Shown piece after piece: positions 1 through 13,275 of a stretch of DNA of 64,000 nt (the first letter of the stretch is position 1; each line of letters begins with the position of its first letter). Made by a program: the position numbers and the translations under genes. The stretch spans positions 21,309,154 through 21,373,153 of the forward strand of contig CM119263.1 of NCBI GenBank assembly GCA_051294375.1, written 5' to 3'. Origin of the DNA: Paraspadella gotoi. Lineage: Eukaryota > Animalia > Chaetognatha. The notes beneath the pieces are model-generated. The model had not been told where the DNA came from and did not search any database. It saw only the letters and a list, made by a program, of their open reading frames with translations.

Positions 1-224
1 CGGCGGTAAGTCAGGTGAAAGAACGATTCGTCGTCATCGTCGTCGTCGTCGGCGACGTGATTAGTTTGGGCGACGAACGACGAGGAATGTTGTTGACTCA
101 TGGGCGAAGATTTTCCCGAATCATCAATCCATCAAATTCGATCGTAAACATTTAAATGGATCGAAAATGAGTTTTGAAAAAGAAATTTCTCTCTCTCTTC
201 GTCTATCTCTCTCTTCTCTCTCTC

Positions 225-288
<64 letters not shown>

Positions 289-458
289 CCTCATTTTCGA
301 TCCATTTAAATGTTTACGATCGAATTTGATGGATTGATGATTCGGGAAATCTTCGCCCATGAGTCAACAACATTCCTCGTCGTTCGTCGCCCAAACTAAT
401 CACGCGCCGACGACGACGACGATGACGACGAATCGTTCTTTCACCTGACTTACCGCCG
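1..458. repeat. Long inverted repeat (arms 1-171 and 290-458) around a (CT)n spacer; left arm runs off the window edge
   Basis: 1-171 is the reverse complement of 290-458 except for two single-base indels. Confidence 0.95.
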
Positions 459-483
459 CTTCTTCCTCGACGATCCCTTGCAG

Positions 484-3400
484 GTTCCTTCGGAGAAGAT
501 GCTGCAGGCCGGCTGCATCCTCAAGATGCTGCTCATGACGAAATCGGCGCATTTGCTGCACGACTCCAGGATACGATCCAAGCAGAGTTCGCAGGTGGAC
601 AATGTGGCGATGTTGGCGCTGTTGAAGCTATGGAATAAAATCCACCAACCGTTCATCAGCGGCCATTGGTGCCGGAGGCAAGTCATTCGCCTCCCAACCC
701 AAAGGTCCGGGGTTCTAGCCCGGTGGTCGCCTAGCAGTTAAGAGGGATTGGGTGTTAACCCGCCTGTAACACGGTGTTACAGCCTGATCCGAACTCCGGG
801 ACTGCTTATATTGAACGGTTCTGTCACTACACATAACAATAATTACTGTCTCTTCATAGCTCTCGTTTTTTGTTGTTCTTCCTTCTCATTGATATTTCTG
901 TGGTCAAAGAACCTCGTCGGCACCGAGATGGTGGACTGGCTGCTGGCGGTGAAGGAAGGGACGGCGAACACCGCGTGACAAAGACATGAGACGCCAAGTG
1001 TGGGGATGTGGCAAGCGCTCATGGAGCACGCGGTCATCAGTCACGGTGAGGGTGTTCATGTTCAGTGTCCACTGTCCAGTCTGCTGATAAAAAATCAATC
1101 AGGAGATGGATGATTTATTTGAGCCACCAAGTCGTGTCTTATCCTACAGTGAGCCGAGACTACCCTTTTGCCGACAAGTTCGTCTTCTTCCATTCACCAT
1201 CGACTCTGAAAAAGTTCGAAGAAATCAAAAAGGTTATTCAACGAATTGATTAAATAATTAAATAATTAATTATTAAATAATAAAAATAATTGATTAAATA
1301 ATTAATCAAAAAGTTTATTCAAACGAATTGATTAATATATTAACTCGATAGTATTACTTAATCCAAACCCGACTTTTCGGCCTTGAACTCACCTTTCTCC
1401 TCACCTCTCGATCGCCAGGAGTCTCGTCGGAAGCCCTGGAGTCGAGAGCCAAAGAAGCGATCAAGACGCTCAAGCTGGCGGGACCCGACGCTCTGCTGGG
1501 TCGGGCGCTGCGGAAAGTGCCAGCCAGCGGACGTCGGAAGACGTAAGGAGGATTTTACTTAATTAAGGATGTGCCGTCTGATTAGCTAACTCCAGTTGAC
1601 GCGCTGCCTTATTTTTAGAGAAAGTTTATTTTAATGAGAAAAAGTTTATCGTCGTTAAAAACTAGACCTGATTTAATAATGATAAAAGTATTACAACGCC
1701 ATTTCGCATTCATCACTGATAACGTATGGTAAATAGAAGTTTCTTCCTCTAGATTGATATCTCACTACAAGAGCTGCTGCATATAAAGGCTCTGTCGCAT
1801 CTCTCCACGATGGTGAACGAGAACTCGCCTCGGTCTTCGTCTTCGAATCGCGACCCAAAAACGGGACGGTGCTCTTCAGTCAGGGTCACAAAGGCACCAG
1901 TTGGTACATCATCCTGTCCGGGTCCGTCAATGTAGTTATTCATAACAAGGTGAAGAATCGGTTTAATTTTAACGGTTTAAGGTTAATGGATTATTATTGA
2001 TTTATAATTTCATGATTGATTTATATCGATTTATTTATTGATGGAACTTTTTTAACGTAAACCTTTATTGATGCATGATCGTTTTTTTTGTTTTATAGAT
2101 TGATTGATTGACAGCTTCGTTAATTGATTGATTGATTGATTGACTGATTTATCCTTTGACTGATTGACCATTATTGATTGATGCATCGACTGATGTGTTG
2201 ATTGAGTGATTAAAATTTTTTGAATCGCACTATCGTCTATTGATGTTCAGGGTGTTGTCTGCACTCTGGAAGAAGGAGACGACTTTGGCAAATTGGCTTT
2301 GGTCAACGAAGCGCCACGAGCTGCCACCATCGTCCTCAGGGTAAGGATTTTTATCGATAAGGATTTTCTAATCTGTCTAATCCGATCTATTCACCTCTGG
2401 TGCTGGGGCGTAGGAGAGAGAGTGGCGAGGATGAAGGAGAGAGAGATGGGGGATGAAGGAGAGAGAGAGTGGGGGGAGGAAGGAGAGAGAGAGTGGGGGG
2501 AGGAAGGAGAGAGAGTAGTGGTGGGAGGAAGGGAGAAGATGACATATATGAATAATTCATTAATTACCTTCAGGAGGACAATTGCCACTTTCTCCGCGTC
2601 GACAAAGAGACTTCAACCGCATTTTACGAGACGTCAAGCCAACACCGTCAGACTCAAGGAACACGACGTGGACGTGCTGTTGCTGGAGAAGATCCCGGCC
2701 GAGGCGTCGCCGCCGCATCGCGGTGAGAAGGCGGTTGGTGTAGGGCAGTTGAGCGACTGACAATTAGTCTGACATTTAAACTGAACTCAAGATTAAAATT
2801 ATCATTTCCTCTCCCCATCCTCATTATTCTATCTTAGCTTCGGCACCCCCTCTCCCGCGGCCTCACGCAAATCTTCCGACACAAAGTTCGCCGACCAACT
2901 TGGCGCCGCCGTCGACCACCTCGTCCGGCGCCGCTGGCGTCTCGCCCTCCAACACTCTTGGCGTCACCGGCGCCTCCAGTCTGGCGCCGGCGCCGCCAAC
3001 GCCCTCTCCAAGAGCGGCGGGCATTACAAGTATTCGGTTGTGGCGGGGACCCCCGAGAAGATGTTGGAGCATCTCTTGGAGACACGTTTGGTGGTTATGC
3101 CAACGGAGTCTGCATGGTCGACAGATCGGGTGAGTTGATGACGATAAATTAACAAAATAGCAAACAAACGAACAAAAGAGTAGTGCTGTTAGAGGGTGAT
3201 TGTTGATGGGTGATTGTTTTCTCCATCAGTGCAAGAAGTTTTTGGAGAATGAATGGATTAAAAACCCACTTTTAAAAAAAATTTCAGTGTACTTTTATAA
3301 TTTCAGTAAAAAGTAAGCTTAGTCAAAATTGGATATTTTTTTGTTTAATTTTGACGCCATTGGAACCTGTTTTTTATATAATAAAATAGAAAGAGAAAGA

Positions 3401-6400
3401 AAGAGAAAAATGCAGTTCTCATTCTTCTCTTTAACAAAGTTATCGTTAATTTGAACGAATGTACCTGAACATGTATTATATTTAACATGTTTTAATACGA
3501 TTTCCTCCACAGACGCTTTCGTGGAAGAGTTCATCATGACGCACAGTGTGTTCATGACTTCCGATCAAATGACGTCTTTTCTTCGTTAATTACTACATGG
3601 CTAGAAAAAACGATCTCCTTCCGGAATTCCTACCTGCTTCGTCGTTGCCGTTTCCTGGTAACAAATCTTTTAACTTGATTATTTTATTCTATTTTAATCT
3701 TTGGATAATGATGTCGGTGAGACACACGCGGAGTCTTGTTCAAAGTTACTGAAACTAAGATAAACTCGGTTTATTTATAACGAGAGAAGAGGATCGGTGG
3801 TATGGGTAAGTTTGACAGATCAAATTATTCTGGAAGCTGATTGGTCGATTCCGTTTCCGTCTTGACCATCAGGATTCGGCGATTCCATTTCCTGCGGAAA
3901 TCGCCAAGCCTCCGATCCGATTTGATTTTCCTGGCTTGATACTCCTGCGATGATAGCATTATAGCTGGATGGTTTTTAATATTTTCCTTTTGCTCTAATA
4001 TAATATTATTCACTGTAGTTAATTTTAAAACTACACTTTTTTGCAGGTGCTTGTTCTCCAAACACAGCACGGCGGCCGCCGCTGCTACCGTCGCTGCTGT
4101 CGCCAAAGGTTAGTTATACAGATGAATTATAGATGGATTTGAGTCATTCTGTTAATAATCTTAACTAAACTTCCAGGATTAACGCGACGCGCCTCACATA
4201 CGAGATTCCAAAGACTCTGACAAAATGAATGCGTCGATGGATCTGTTGTCTTAGCAACCGACAACGCGTCATCTGCTTCATCAGGAATGGCGCGACGTTG
4301 TTGGTAAGGATCTTGAGTAGGAATAAAAAAAATTATCAAAGTTTGTACTGCGACTTTCCTTTTCTCTCTTCCGGCTTTCTGGAGGCACATCAACTTTCTA
4401 TGACATTCCAAACATCATGCCGTTCCTTCAAGATTTGGATAAGGTAAATAAAGATTGACGCCACTAAAATAGAATATAAGAAAGAAAAGTAAAAGTAAAA
4501 AAGAAATTTTCATTGATAGAAAAGCAAATCATTCTGGGAGTTTTAACCTAGACTGTGTGTGAGTCTTCATTAAAGCTTATCCTGTTAGAGGGATGCGACT
4601 TTAGTCTGTTTAAAGTCAGGGCAAAATAACTTCGTCTTTCTCAATTAATATAAATAAGCAAACGCCAACGTGGCTGAGTCAGCATTGTTGTTGTTATCAT
4701 TTTAGAATCAATCCGACGACGACGAACTGATGATTGGACTGGAAGACGATTACGAAAACCTCAAGCAAATCATCAAAGAAGGAATACAAAAACTCACCTT
4801 AACCCGAAGGTAAGTCGTTGCGCGGCGACGGGAAAAGACAGTCATGGTGTGATTTATAAAAAAAAAAAAAAAACGGAAAAATGAAACAAATCCTATTATT
4901 ATTTATTTATTTATTTATCTAATAATTAATACTAATTCTTCAGATACAAAGACGGGGAGAGTGTCGTCTCGAGCGCCGAGTTTCCGCAAGGTTCCGTCGC
5001 AGAAAATCCTCGGTGTACGAGGATTGGCCATCAGGTAGAAGATGCAATGATATCTTTTCTTGTTACGATTCTAGTTAGAGACGCGTAGACATGTACTCGG
5101 GCATTGCAATATGTTCACTCGCCTATAAGCATAATAAATAAAATAATAAATTTTTTAACCCTTAAAGAGTTACTACCATGATGGAAAAAAAATTGTCGCG
5201 GTTAATTTTTTGGCCTTAATAGAATCTCAAAAATAAAAATTGGGTAACTATAGCCTCTAGTGATTCATATGAGCTGTGTCTCATTTATGTAAAAAAAAAA
5301 GTTCTATGCCAAAAAAATTATGTGTTTAAAAAAATATTTGTTCTTTTTTATCTTTTTTATTTTTATACTTTTTTTTTACTAATACACTAATAATTTTTGG
5401 TTCTTTTATTATTAACTTTTAAAAATCCCTGCCTTTTCTCAGTTTCATGTCAAATGGTTATGCATCATCTCATTAAGATAAATTTAGGTGATGAATAATT
5501 AAGTGGTATTTAAAAACATTGATGCTGTAGATCTCACACATATTTTTTTTATTGTGAAGTATTAAAAAATATTATAAGGTTCCGGGTAACCTTTTTGTGA
5601 ACAAAGTTATTATTTTTAGTTACCTCTGGATGTATTATCAGAACCAAGTATCAAACAAGTAAAAAAATAAAAAATCAAAGATTTTGTGAAGTGAAGACAA
5701 TGCATTATCACAATATGAGCAACAACTATGGTTCACTTTATATGGGATCAATCTTTTCCAAAGAATTAAAATATATTTGACATAAAATTAACCAACTTTT
5801 CCGAACGCGGCAAATTTTTTTTCATCATGGTACTTCGTTTCTAAATAATATTAATAAAGTTTTAATGATTTTTCATTTATAATTAATTTAAATTTAATTT
5901 AATTTCACTTAATGAGGAGTGTGTTTTACTCGGATTGAGGTATTTGTTCTTTTGACCGTCAGGTGGTTGGGAACATCTCGACGAGCGAAACAACGAGTAC
6001 AACAACGATCTCAACAAACAGTTTTTGGCGGCGGCGAATACGGCGAGGCCGGTTCACGCTAAGATGAAAGTGAGTCGTGTGGTTCTCGGTTGCCAAGTGA
6101 TAGGAAGAAAATATACATATAGTGAGAATAATTAGATAAAAATATTATTTACTTTGATGTCTTTACGTTAAAATCTATGATAAATCACTATTGTTATCGC
6201 ATGAAGCTTTATTCTATATTTAATATTTATTTATATTCTCTCTCCTCCCTACACTTAACTCATCAAGTCATCACAGGGTGTACTGTGCCGATCCACCAGT
6301 AAAGACGACCATCGACGCCTCAAGAAAATCCGTCAGTTGGCGGCGGAAAAAGTCGGCATCAACGAAGCAGCGGAGTTGGTGGAGGTTCGGGATTTGTTGT

Positions 6401-7022
6401 CTTGTTCAGCAACATATTACATTTTCACTATGCTAGCCAAGGACCATTATGGAGAGTGGCTCCCGTTAATTCGCCTGGGACATACACAACTTGATAATCT
6501 TGCATATATTACTTATTCTCACATACATAACGCCAAGGCAATCCTGGTTTTCTCCCTTGTCATTAAAAACAATTGAACACTAGCAATGTTATTTTTTTTC
6601 GATCTTAGGTGAAATCGACGGGAGAACGATGTCCCTTCAGAGACGACGATGTGGGCATTATGACCTCGCTGAGTTGCAACGGACAGGTGATTTAGAAATT
6701 CCATCTCGTTTCTTGTTTTTTAAAATGTTTCTCTTCGTTTTTTCAGCTGTTCGTTGGTCCGAGAGAACATTTGGATTCCCTTACACCAGAGACGATCCAA
6801 GAGGACCGACATCTTCTTCGCTGAAGACCCTGGAATCTTTTTCCTCCAAAGTAAAGAAAAATAATAAAATAGGGTTTTAAAAAAATGAAGGAAAAAATTT
6901 CATGAAAAAAATCGATGACAGGACATCGCTTTTCACTTGATGCTGTACGATTGGGAGCTCTTCAGCACAATTCACGTCCACGAGCTTATTTATCACATTT
7001 CGGAAGGCATTTGTTCAAACAG
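484..7022 (+). CDS. Epac: Epac (RAPGEF4-like) middle exons (DEP, cNMP-B, REM, RA, start of CDC25 GEF); frameshifted, opposite orientation to the 5' exons; likely low-quality or inverted assembly copy rather than a true pseudogene
   Basis: Exon fragments: [14 protein letters not shown] (484-593), [23 protein letters not shown] (~907-1045), GPDALL.RALRK (~1480), [15 protein letters not shown] (~1770), [20 protein letters not shown] (~1875), [30 protein letters not shown] (2251-2340), [30 protein letters not shown] (~2575), [19 protein letters not shown] (~3030), [17 protein letters not shown] (~6945). Several 1-nt deletions in short homopolymers (~1816, ~7000). Confidence 0.85.
629..856 (+). 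mobile_element. Family-1 tRNA(Gly)-promoter + twister element (solo-LTR-like), copy 1
   Basis: Near-identical to copies at 23580, 34592 and 40453; ends TATGG..CTTCA; flanks AAGC/TAGC (4-bp TSD with 1 mismatch in an error-prone region). Confidence 0.85.
5176..5830. mobile_element. MITE with terminal inverted repeats CCATGATGGAAAAAAAATTGTCGCG.. and TA TSD (Tc1/mariner-type non-autonomous)
   Basis: TA|CCATGATGG at 5176 and CATCATGG|TA at 5830; same TIR as the element at 13680. Confidence 0.75.
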
Positions 7023-7170
7023 GTCATTAAATTTTATCAGAGCTTCCCAATTCACTTTCTGAAATCTCATCGTCCGTGATAAAATGTTTAGTTCCTGTTA
7101 ATGATTATTTAATAATAAAATTGATTTGTACACCAGATCACCTCGAACTTAGAAATCTTTCATCTCCTCT

Positions 7171-7195
7171 NNNNNNNNNNNNNNNNNNNNNNNNN
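7171..7195. other. Assembly gap (25 N) separating the plus-oriented and minus-oriented parts of Epac
   Basis: Run of 25 N. Confidence 1.
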
Positions 7196-7700
7196 TTTCT
7201 TTTTCAAACCCGTCGACTAATCGCTCTCGGAGAATTTATTCACAATTATTCGAAAAAAGTTAACGTATTTTTTTTAAAAATGAGATTAAAAAGATTAAAT
7301 CCCCAGGTTATTTAAGCCACGCGTAATTTAATCGTTTTAAATTCGCAAAATTTTTTAATCACAAACAATTAAATCGATTCTCAGATTTAAAAAACGAGCG
7401 ATTTTTCTGGTTTTGATTCGCGAGTGATTTTCATCGTAAAAACTTTGAAAATTTAATCATCTTTTCCAACGCGAGTTTTTTTTCGCGAGAATTCATGATG
7501 ATTTTTTTTTGGCACAGTTGGATTTCACGCGCATATGTAAACGTGAAAACTAATCCCTTTAATCTTGTACCCAAAATGAAAAAAAAATGTTTATAATTCA
7601 AACTTTTTAGCCTTTGAATTTGACCGCCGCGAGATCCGATTCAAGTTTGGCGCCAACATAGACCAATCGCTTTATTTATTTTATTTATTTATTTTTTTTT

Positions 7701-7731
<31 letters not shown>

Positions 7732-7739
7732 CTTTCTTT

Positions 7740-7776
<37 letters not shown>

Positions 7777-7937
7777 TTTTTTTTTCTTCTTTCTTTCTTT
7801 TCTTCTCTCTCTCCTCTGTCTTCTCTCCATTACTCTAAACCCCCCTCCCGATCCCCACCACAAGCACACCACCACAAATGACCCATCATCCCCTTCCCAC
7901 CTCATTTGCCCCCCTCACCACGACCCATACACCACAC

Positions 7938-8161
7938 CTCGAAGAGCGGCAACCGGCGTTGAAGTCGGCGTCCCTTCCTCCTTCTGGTTGAGCAGATGAC
8001 ATCGGGCAGCGGAGAGGGCGGGTTGAGGAGCGGGGAGGCGGGGGGGTGGGGCAAACCGTGGGTGCGCTGTGGGCGGTGCCCAGAATGGAGCCGTGGGTGT
8101 AAGAGAGGATTTGCTGCCGACGTGGGCGAGAGGAACGGTGTCCGAGCCGGAGGGGATCGGA
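7938..8161 (-). CDS. Epac: Candidate Epac exon 6 (Pro-rich linker)
   Basis: GC-rich, open; acceptor CTTCTCAG (phase 1) and donor GAG|GTGTGG (phase 0) would join exon 5 to the VPSEK exon; no conserved motif, boundaries uncertain. Confidence 0.45.
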
Positions 8162-8229
8162 CTGAGAAGGCGGGTGTGGAGGCCTGGGGGTAGGGGAGGG
8201 ATGTGGGAAGGAGGTAGTGGTGGATGTGA

Positions 8230-8265
<36 letters not shown>

Positions 8266-8386
8266 ATAGAAAATAAAAATAAAGCCTTTATTAAAGGAAA
8301 GCCGAATGGAAGATAAAAGGAAAAGAAAGAAAGAAACAAAAAACGAAAGAAGGGCGAATAAAGTCAGTTATCATATAATTCCTTAC

Positions 8387-8444
8387 CCTGATTCTTGAGA
8401 CTTGAGGAAGGCACGACGAGGCCTTCGATGTACTGACGATTCCG
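8387..8444 (-). CDS. Epac: Epac exon 5
   Basis: ttttcag|RNRQYIEGLVVPSSSLKNQ(G)|gtaagg; resembles Epac2 KYRQYMAGLLAPP. Confidence 0.8.
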
Positions 8445-10859
8445 CTGAAAAAAATCGCAAACCGAACCTTTTAAGTTCGACATATATCCGGTTGTTACTG
8501 TACATTTATCTTAAATATTTTCTCAGGTATTTTTTATTTATTCCTATTTTTTTTTTATCATTTTTTTAAATCTGTTTGACAGATATCCAAAAGTCAAAAA
8601 AGGGTAATCGCTGACGTGTTTTTTTATATTTTCCATTTTCTCATTTTTTCTGTTTTTATTTATAAAGAATTTGTTTTGGGGCAAAATTGAAAATTTCCCG
8701 CAATTTGATCCTGGAAAAAGCGCGGGAAAAACGAAAGCCGCTGATCGAGATGAGGAAAAAGTAAAAATGATCGGATTTTCTTTTTCGTTCTATTTTATTT
8801 CAAGATTATTTTGTTTATAAAGTGAAAGAATAATCTCGATGCAAAATTATATCTCTCACTCTCTCTTTCTTTCTGAGTCTCTCTCTTTCTCTCTTTTTCT
8901 CTCTCTCTCCCTAGTATTTCTTTCGCGAGTATACTTTCCCTCTCGCACTCTACTTTTTATTTTCGAACCAAATGATTTTTTGATCTGGATTTTTGATTTG
9001 AGGTTTGCTCTGCTGCGTCTTGTCTTGAGGCGGAAGCACGAATTAGGGGAATAGGGGAGAAGGGGAAGGGAGAAAAAGGGAGAAAGGGGGAAGGGGACAG
9101 AAGCAGGGAAAGGAGAAAAGAAGAGGTTTTAAGTATCAGAAGGGGTGAAAACTGGTAGGAGGGATGAGTGGAAGAAGGGAAAGAGAAAGGGACGAAAGAT
9201 AAAGGAAATGAAAAAGAAATTTTTGAGTTTGGGGGAGATTGGGAGGAAAAGAGAAAAGTAGGGAGAATAATAGAAGAGGAGAAAATAGTTCTAACTCAAA
9301 ATGCCTCGTCAATCTCTCTACCTTTAAAGCCTTCCTCGGGAAAAAACTCGGGGAAACAAAAAAAAAGGAAAGGAAAAAGAGGTGAAAGGTTTTGTATCGC
9401 TTCTGGAAATTAATGAAAGAAATAAAAGGAAAATTGAGAAACGCACGATAAGAAAAATAATCGGAACAGTAAATATAGTGCTCAGCAGAAGACGAGCGCT
9501 TTTAAATCGTGAGTGCAAAATCATGAACATATCGAAAGAAATTAGGAAGAGACGATGTCACAAGAAAAAAAGAGAGAGATTGATTTTTGAATCATTGCCC
9601 AATCAAACCCAAATCCCACCCCAATCGCACCTAAATCTGTCCATAGTCGTGGAATCAAATTTCGAATTTCGTAATATTTTATATTTCCGACGATTTCTTC
9701 CGCAAAAGTCGTAAGCTTGGTCGTCGTCGTCCTATTCGTCATCGTTTTTCGTTGTCGTCGTCAAAGTCAGATAGACCTTCAGTAATATATTTTTCTTGGT
9801 TTGCTAGAAAACATTTGTATTCATTTAATCAATTCAAAAGTGACTTTTCTCAATCTCAATTAAAAAATGAAATGCCTAATTCAAATATAACGACGTGCCT
9901 TCCCTGCTATTGACTCATCTCGTTGATTGATACAACTGATTAACCATCTTAGAACCACGACGTCCAGTGGTTCCAGTTGGTAGTCGACTTCGTCATGGCG
10001 ATAACGATTTACCATGAACGATTCATCATGTCAATGAATGACTATCATCGCATCAATGAATGATTATCGTCATATCAATGAATGACTATCATCGCATCAA
10101 TCATTTGGTTATCATCGCATCAATCATTTGGTTAACATCGCGTCAATTTTTTGTCTTTCTTTTTTTTATTTCCTTAATTCCTTCTCTCGTCAGGCGAGAT
10201 CCTATTCTTTTAAGATTTTTTTTTTATTTCGGATTTTGTTTTGGTTTCCTGGTTCGTCATTCGTCGTTTCCTGGTTCGTCTTCAATCGAGATTGAGCTTT
10301 TTTAGAAATAAAATCGGAAGAATTTAATATATAAATAATTAGAAAGATTTTGTTTAAATTAGGTTGCAGCAAATAGTTTTATGGACTGATCAGAACTGAA
10401 TTCCTCATTTAAAAAAAACCTTTGTTTATTAAAGAGTGAAACTGATAAGAAAAGACGGGAAAAAAGAAAGACTCTCACTTCATTTTTTTAAAGTTTTTCC
10501 CTTCTCTTGTGGGAGAGATGATTTTTTTTCGCCATTAAGGAACACGGTTTTTTCTTTGCCCTGAATCTAAAATTAGAGACTTGACATTTGCTCAGCGGGT
10601 GGGGGACTCAAGGGGGCAGAAGGCGGGGTGTGGGGGAGTGTGCGGAGTAGGGCCCAGGTGAAGTCAAGTTGGGGGCCTGTCGAAGATGATCTGTCGAAGA
10701 TGAGCTGTCGAAGATGAGCTCGGTTCTAACATTATGTCAGAGAAGACGCGGCGAGGAATGGTCGAAGTTAAACAATGATGAGATATTTTGATAATAAAAT
10801 CGCAACGAAAAGAAATCGATTTATATATCGAGATGCGGGTTTTTCTCTTTTTATCTCTT

Positions 10860-11780
10860 TTTATCTGGCTAGATTTTGGATCGGTTCAGTTTCTTGTGAC
10901 GTCGTCGTCATCGTCATCGGCGTCACACTTTTTTCTTATTATCTCGCCAGATGGGCTTAAGCCTGTCTTGGCTAGATTTAGGATTGGATCAGCTTCTTTT
11001 TGATGTCTTCATCGTCGTTGTCGTTGTCTGCATTGGCGTCACACTTTTTTCTTATATAGTTTTGACTAGGGCTTACAATTTTTTTTTAAATAAAAATTAC
11101 TCTGAATTATGATGGATTTTTATAAAAGTGTGCGATCATAATAAGTTAAAAATTTAGATATGACTTTTTTATCTTTAAGATCTTGGCAATTGTCATATTT
11201 TATATGGATTCAAGTTGTAAATAAAATACTATATTCTAATTTGTATGAAATTGGTACATTTTGTATATTGCAGTAAATCATATTGAAAAGAAAATTCATA
11301 CAAAAAATATTTGAATCAATATGACACATATGATTTTAAAAAACTTTTTTGATGAGAAGCTATATCTAAATTTTAATATAAATAAAAATACACACTTTTA
11401 TAATTTTCAATTAAAAAAAATTATAACAATATCCAATTGTAAACAATTTTAACATTTTTTGTTTTTATTTTATTTTTTAAAATTATATATACTTATTTTT
11501 TTTATCAGTCGCTGCTTTTTCTGATTTGTCTAAAAACAAGGTCAACTCCATAGCGGTTGGATTATGGTTATTATTGCATCAATATTTGGTTATCATCGCA
11601 GCAATATTTGGTTGAAATAAATAGTTCTGTAACTACAATTTAGGTCGTTATAATCTAACCTGCATCTTTTTATATGGATAAATATTGAGCAATTAATCAT
11701 TGTGCATTTAAGATTTTTTCATTAATTTTCTTGGATAGTAACGTCTGGAGAGATCACTATACTTTTAAATTATTTTTTTT
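10860..11780. mobile_element. Family-B HINE/DINE-like non-autonomous repeat (partial, approximate ends)
   Basis: Shares the TGTGACGTCGTCGTC..GGCGTCAC block, GGTTATCATCGCATCAAT units and the GAGATC..TATACTTTTAA end with 53110-54567 and 15900-17640. Confidence 0.55.
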
Positions 11781-12186
11781 TTGGTTAGGATTTGAATCTG
11801 TCAAAAGTTAAAAGCAATACAAGACTTAGGACAAGGCAAGGATGGGGCCTCAGATGGAGGACAAAAAGGTTCAAATACGGAAAAGAGGCTCGAAACAATA
11901 AGAGTCCAAATTCGGACGAAAAAGTCGAGATTCGGAAAAGCGGAACGAATATTCGGAAAGTTGGAAAAATTCCAGGGAGTCTCCATTGGATGCAAAAAAC
12001 CTTGGGACAGAGAAAGAGAGAAACCCAAGTCAGACCCGCCCAGAGATAAAACAAAGATAGAAGAGAGGGAGGAGACAAACTAATTTTATTTTAATATTTT
12101 CTGTTATACTTAATTTTAATATGATATACATCAAACTAATCTTCCAAATAAAAAAATTATCGATTAGAATTTTTTTTTCACCTCAC

Positions 12187-12333
12187 CTCCCATACTACGC
12201 GAAAGTCTTTTTTCTCGACTCGAAGTAATTCACAATATTCCCGCGTCACGATTGTGGCGTCGCGAGGAGCGTCGTTCAGTATGGAGTCACCAAAAGAACA
12301 ACCCGCGCCCAACTGGCACACGTTCAGCGGATT
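12187..12333 (-). CDS. Epac: Epac exon 4 (second half of N-terminal cNMP-binding domain A)
   Basis: cag|NPLNVCQLGAGCSFGDSILNDAPRDATIVTREYCELLRVEKKDFRVVWE|gtgagg; 147 nt, phase 0/0; matches Epac2 [26 protein letters not shown]. Confidence 0.93.
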
Positions 12334-13275
12334 CTGTTTGTAAAAAAATGGGGGAAAATATTATTTATATTTCCATGACAAAAATTTGAAAAAAAAAAAA
12401 CGGTTTTGAGAATACCTTATCCTTAAACTCTATACCGCTTTCTAAAGTGTATTTCGCTCTCCTTCTCATGATAGCGAAAAATGTTTGAGGATTATTGTTT
12501 TCAACGAGGTTAACATCTCAAACGAAGCGAATGATAACCAAATTTCGAGTCAAGAGTTATTATAAGAGATCATGAAAGAATTCCATTGTGGTCGACCAAC
12601 TGCGCTTTTTTTAAAAAAAAGTTCAGTGCTTTCTAAAAAAAACTGTTTGACTAGGCACAATTCACAGTCACTAAAATTACCACGAGTAAATTTAAGAGTA
12701 AAAACTTTTTAAAAAAATACTAGAAAAGTGTATTCTAAAAATAAGACTTCATCAAAAATAAGTTTTTTGATAATAGAACATCTAAAGTTATAAAACAGTA
12801 GAATATTGAGATAGGAGTAATTAAACAAAAAAATAAATCAAAATAAATATGTTCAGACAATACTATGTTGCATTATGCTGGTGCGACAGTTTCGAGCGTA
12901 ACATAGGTAAAAAGCAGAATATTAGATTTTTCAATAGATGAAAACCAGGAAACCCGAAAATGTATGTATTAAAACGATAAAATATAAAAATCCCCCAAAA
13001 GTCAATCCCCGAAAAAGATCAATACTGTTTCCATTAATACTTGAATATGATCTTTTGAACCTGATATTCGAAATTCCGAAACCATCAAACAATACTAACT
13101 AGAAAAAAATAATTATTTATAATATATATATATATATTCATAATAATAATACATTACATTTACTATATTTAGTTTATACTAATTTGCGCATTGTATCGTG
13201 TAATTAAAAAAACACGATAACTCTCAGAATAACACGTTTGACAAACTTTTTCGACAAAAAGAAAGAAAGAAGTTT

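Noticed and set aside
484-7022. Genuine Epac pseudogene
   Set aside because: Lesions are mostly homopolymer indels while amino-acid conservation is high, and they are concentrated in the block between the palindrome and the gap; sequencing error is more likely
9542-9742. Alternative Epac first exon giving a cNMP-A-less isoform
   Set aside because: Donor phase does not match the next Epac exon and there is no recognisable homology
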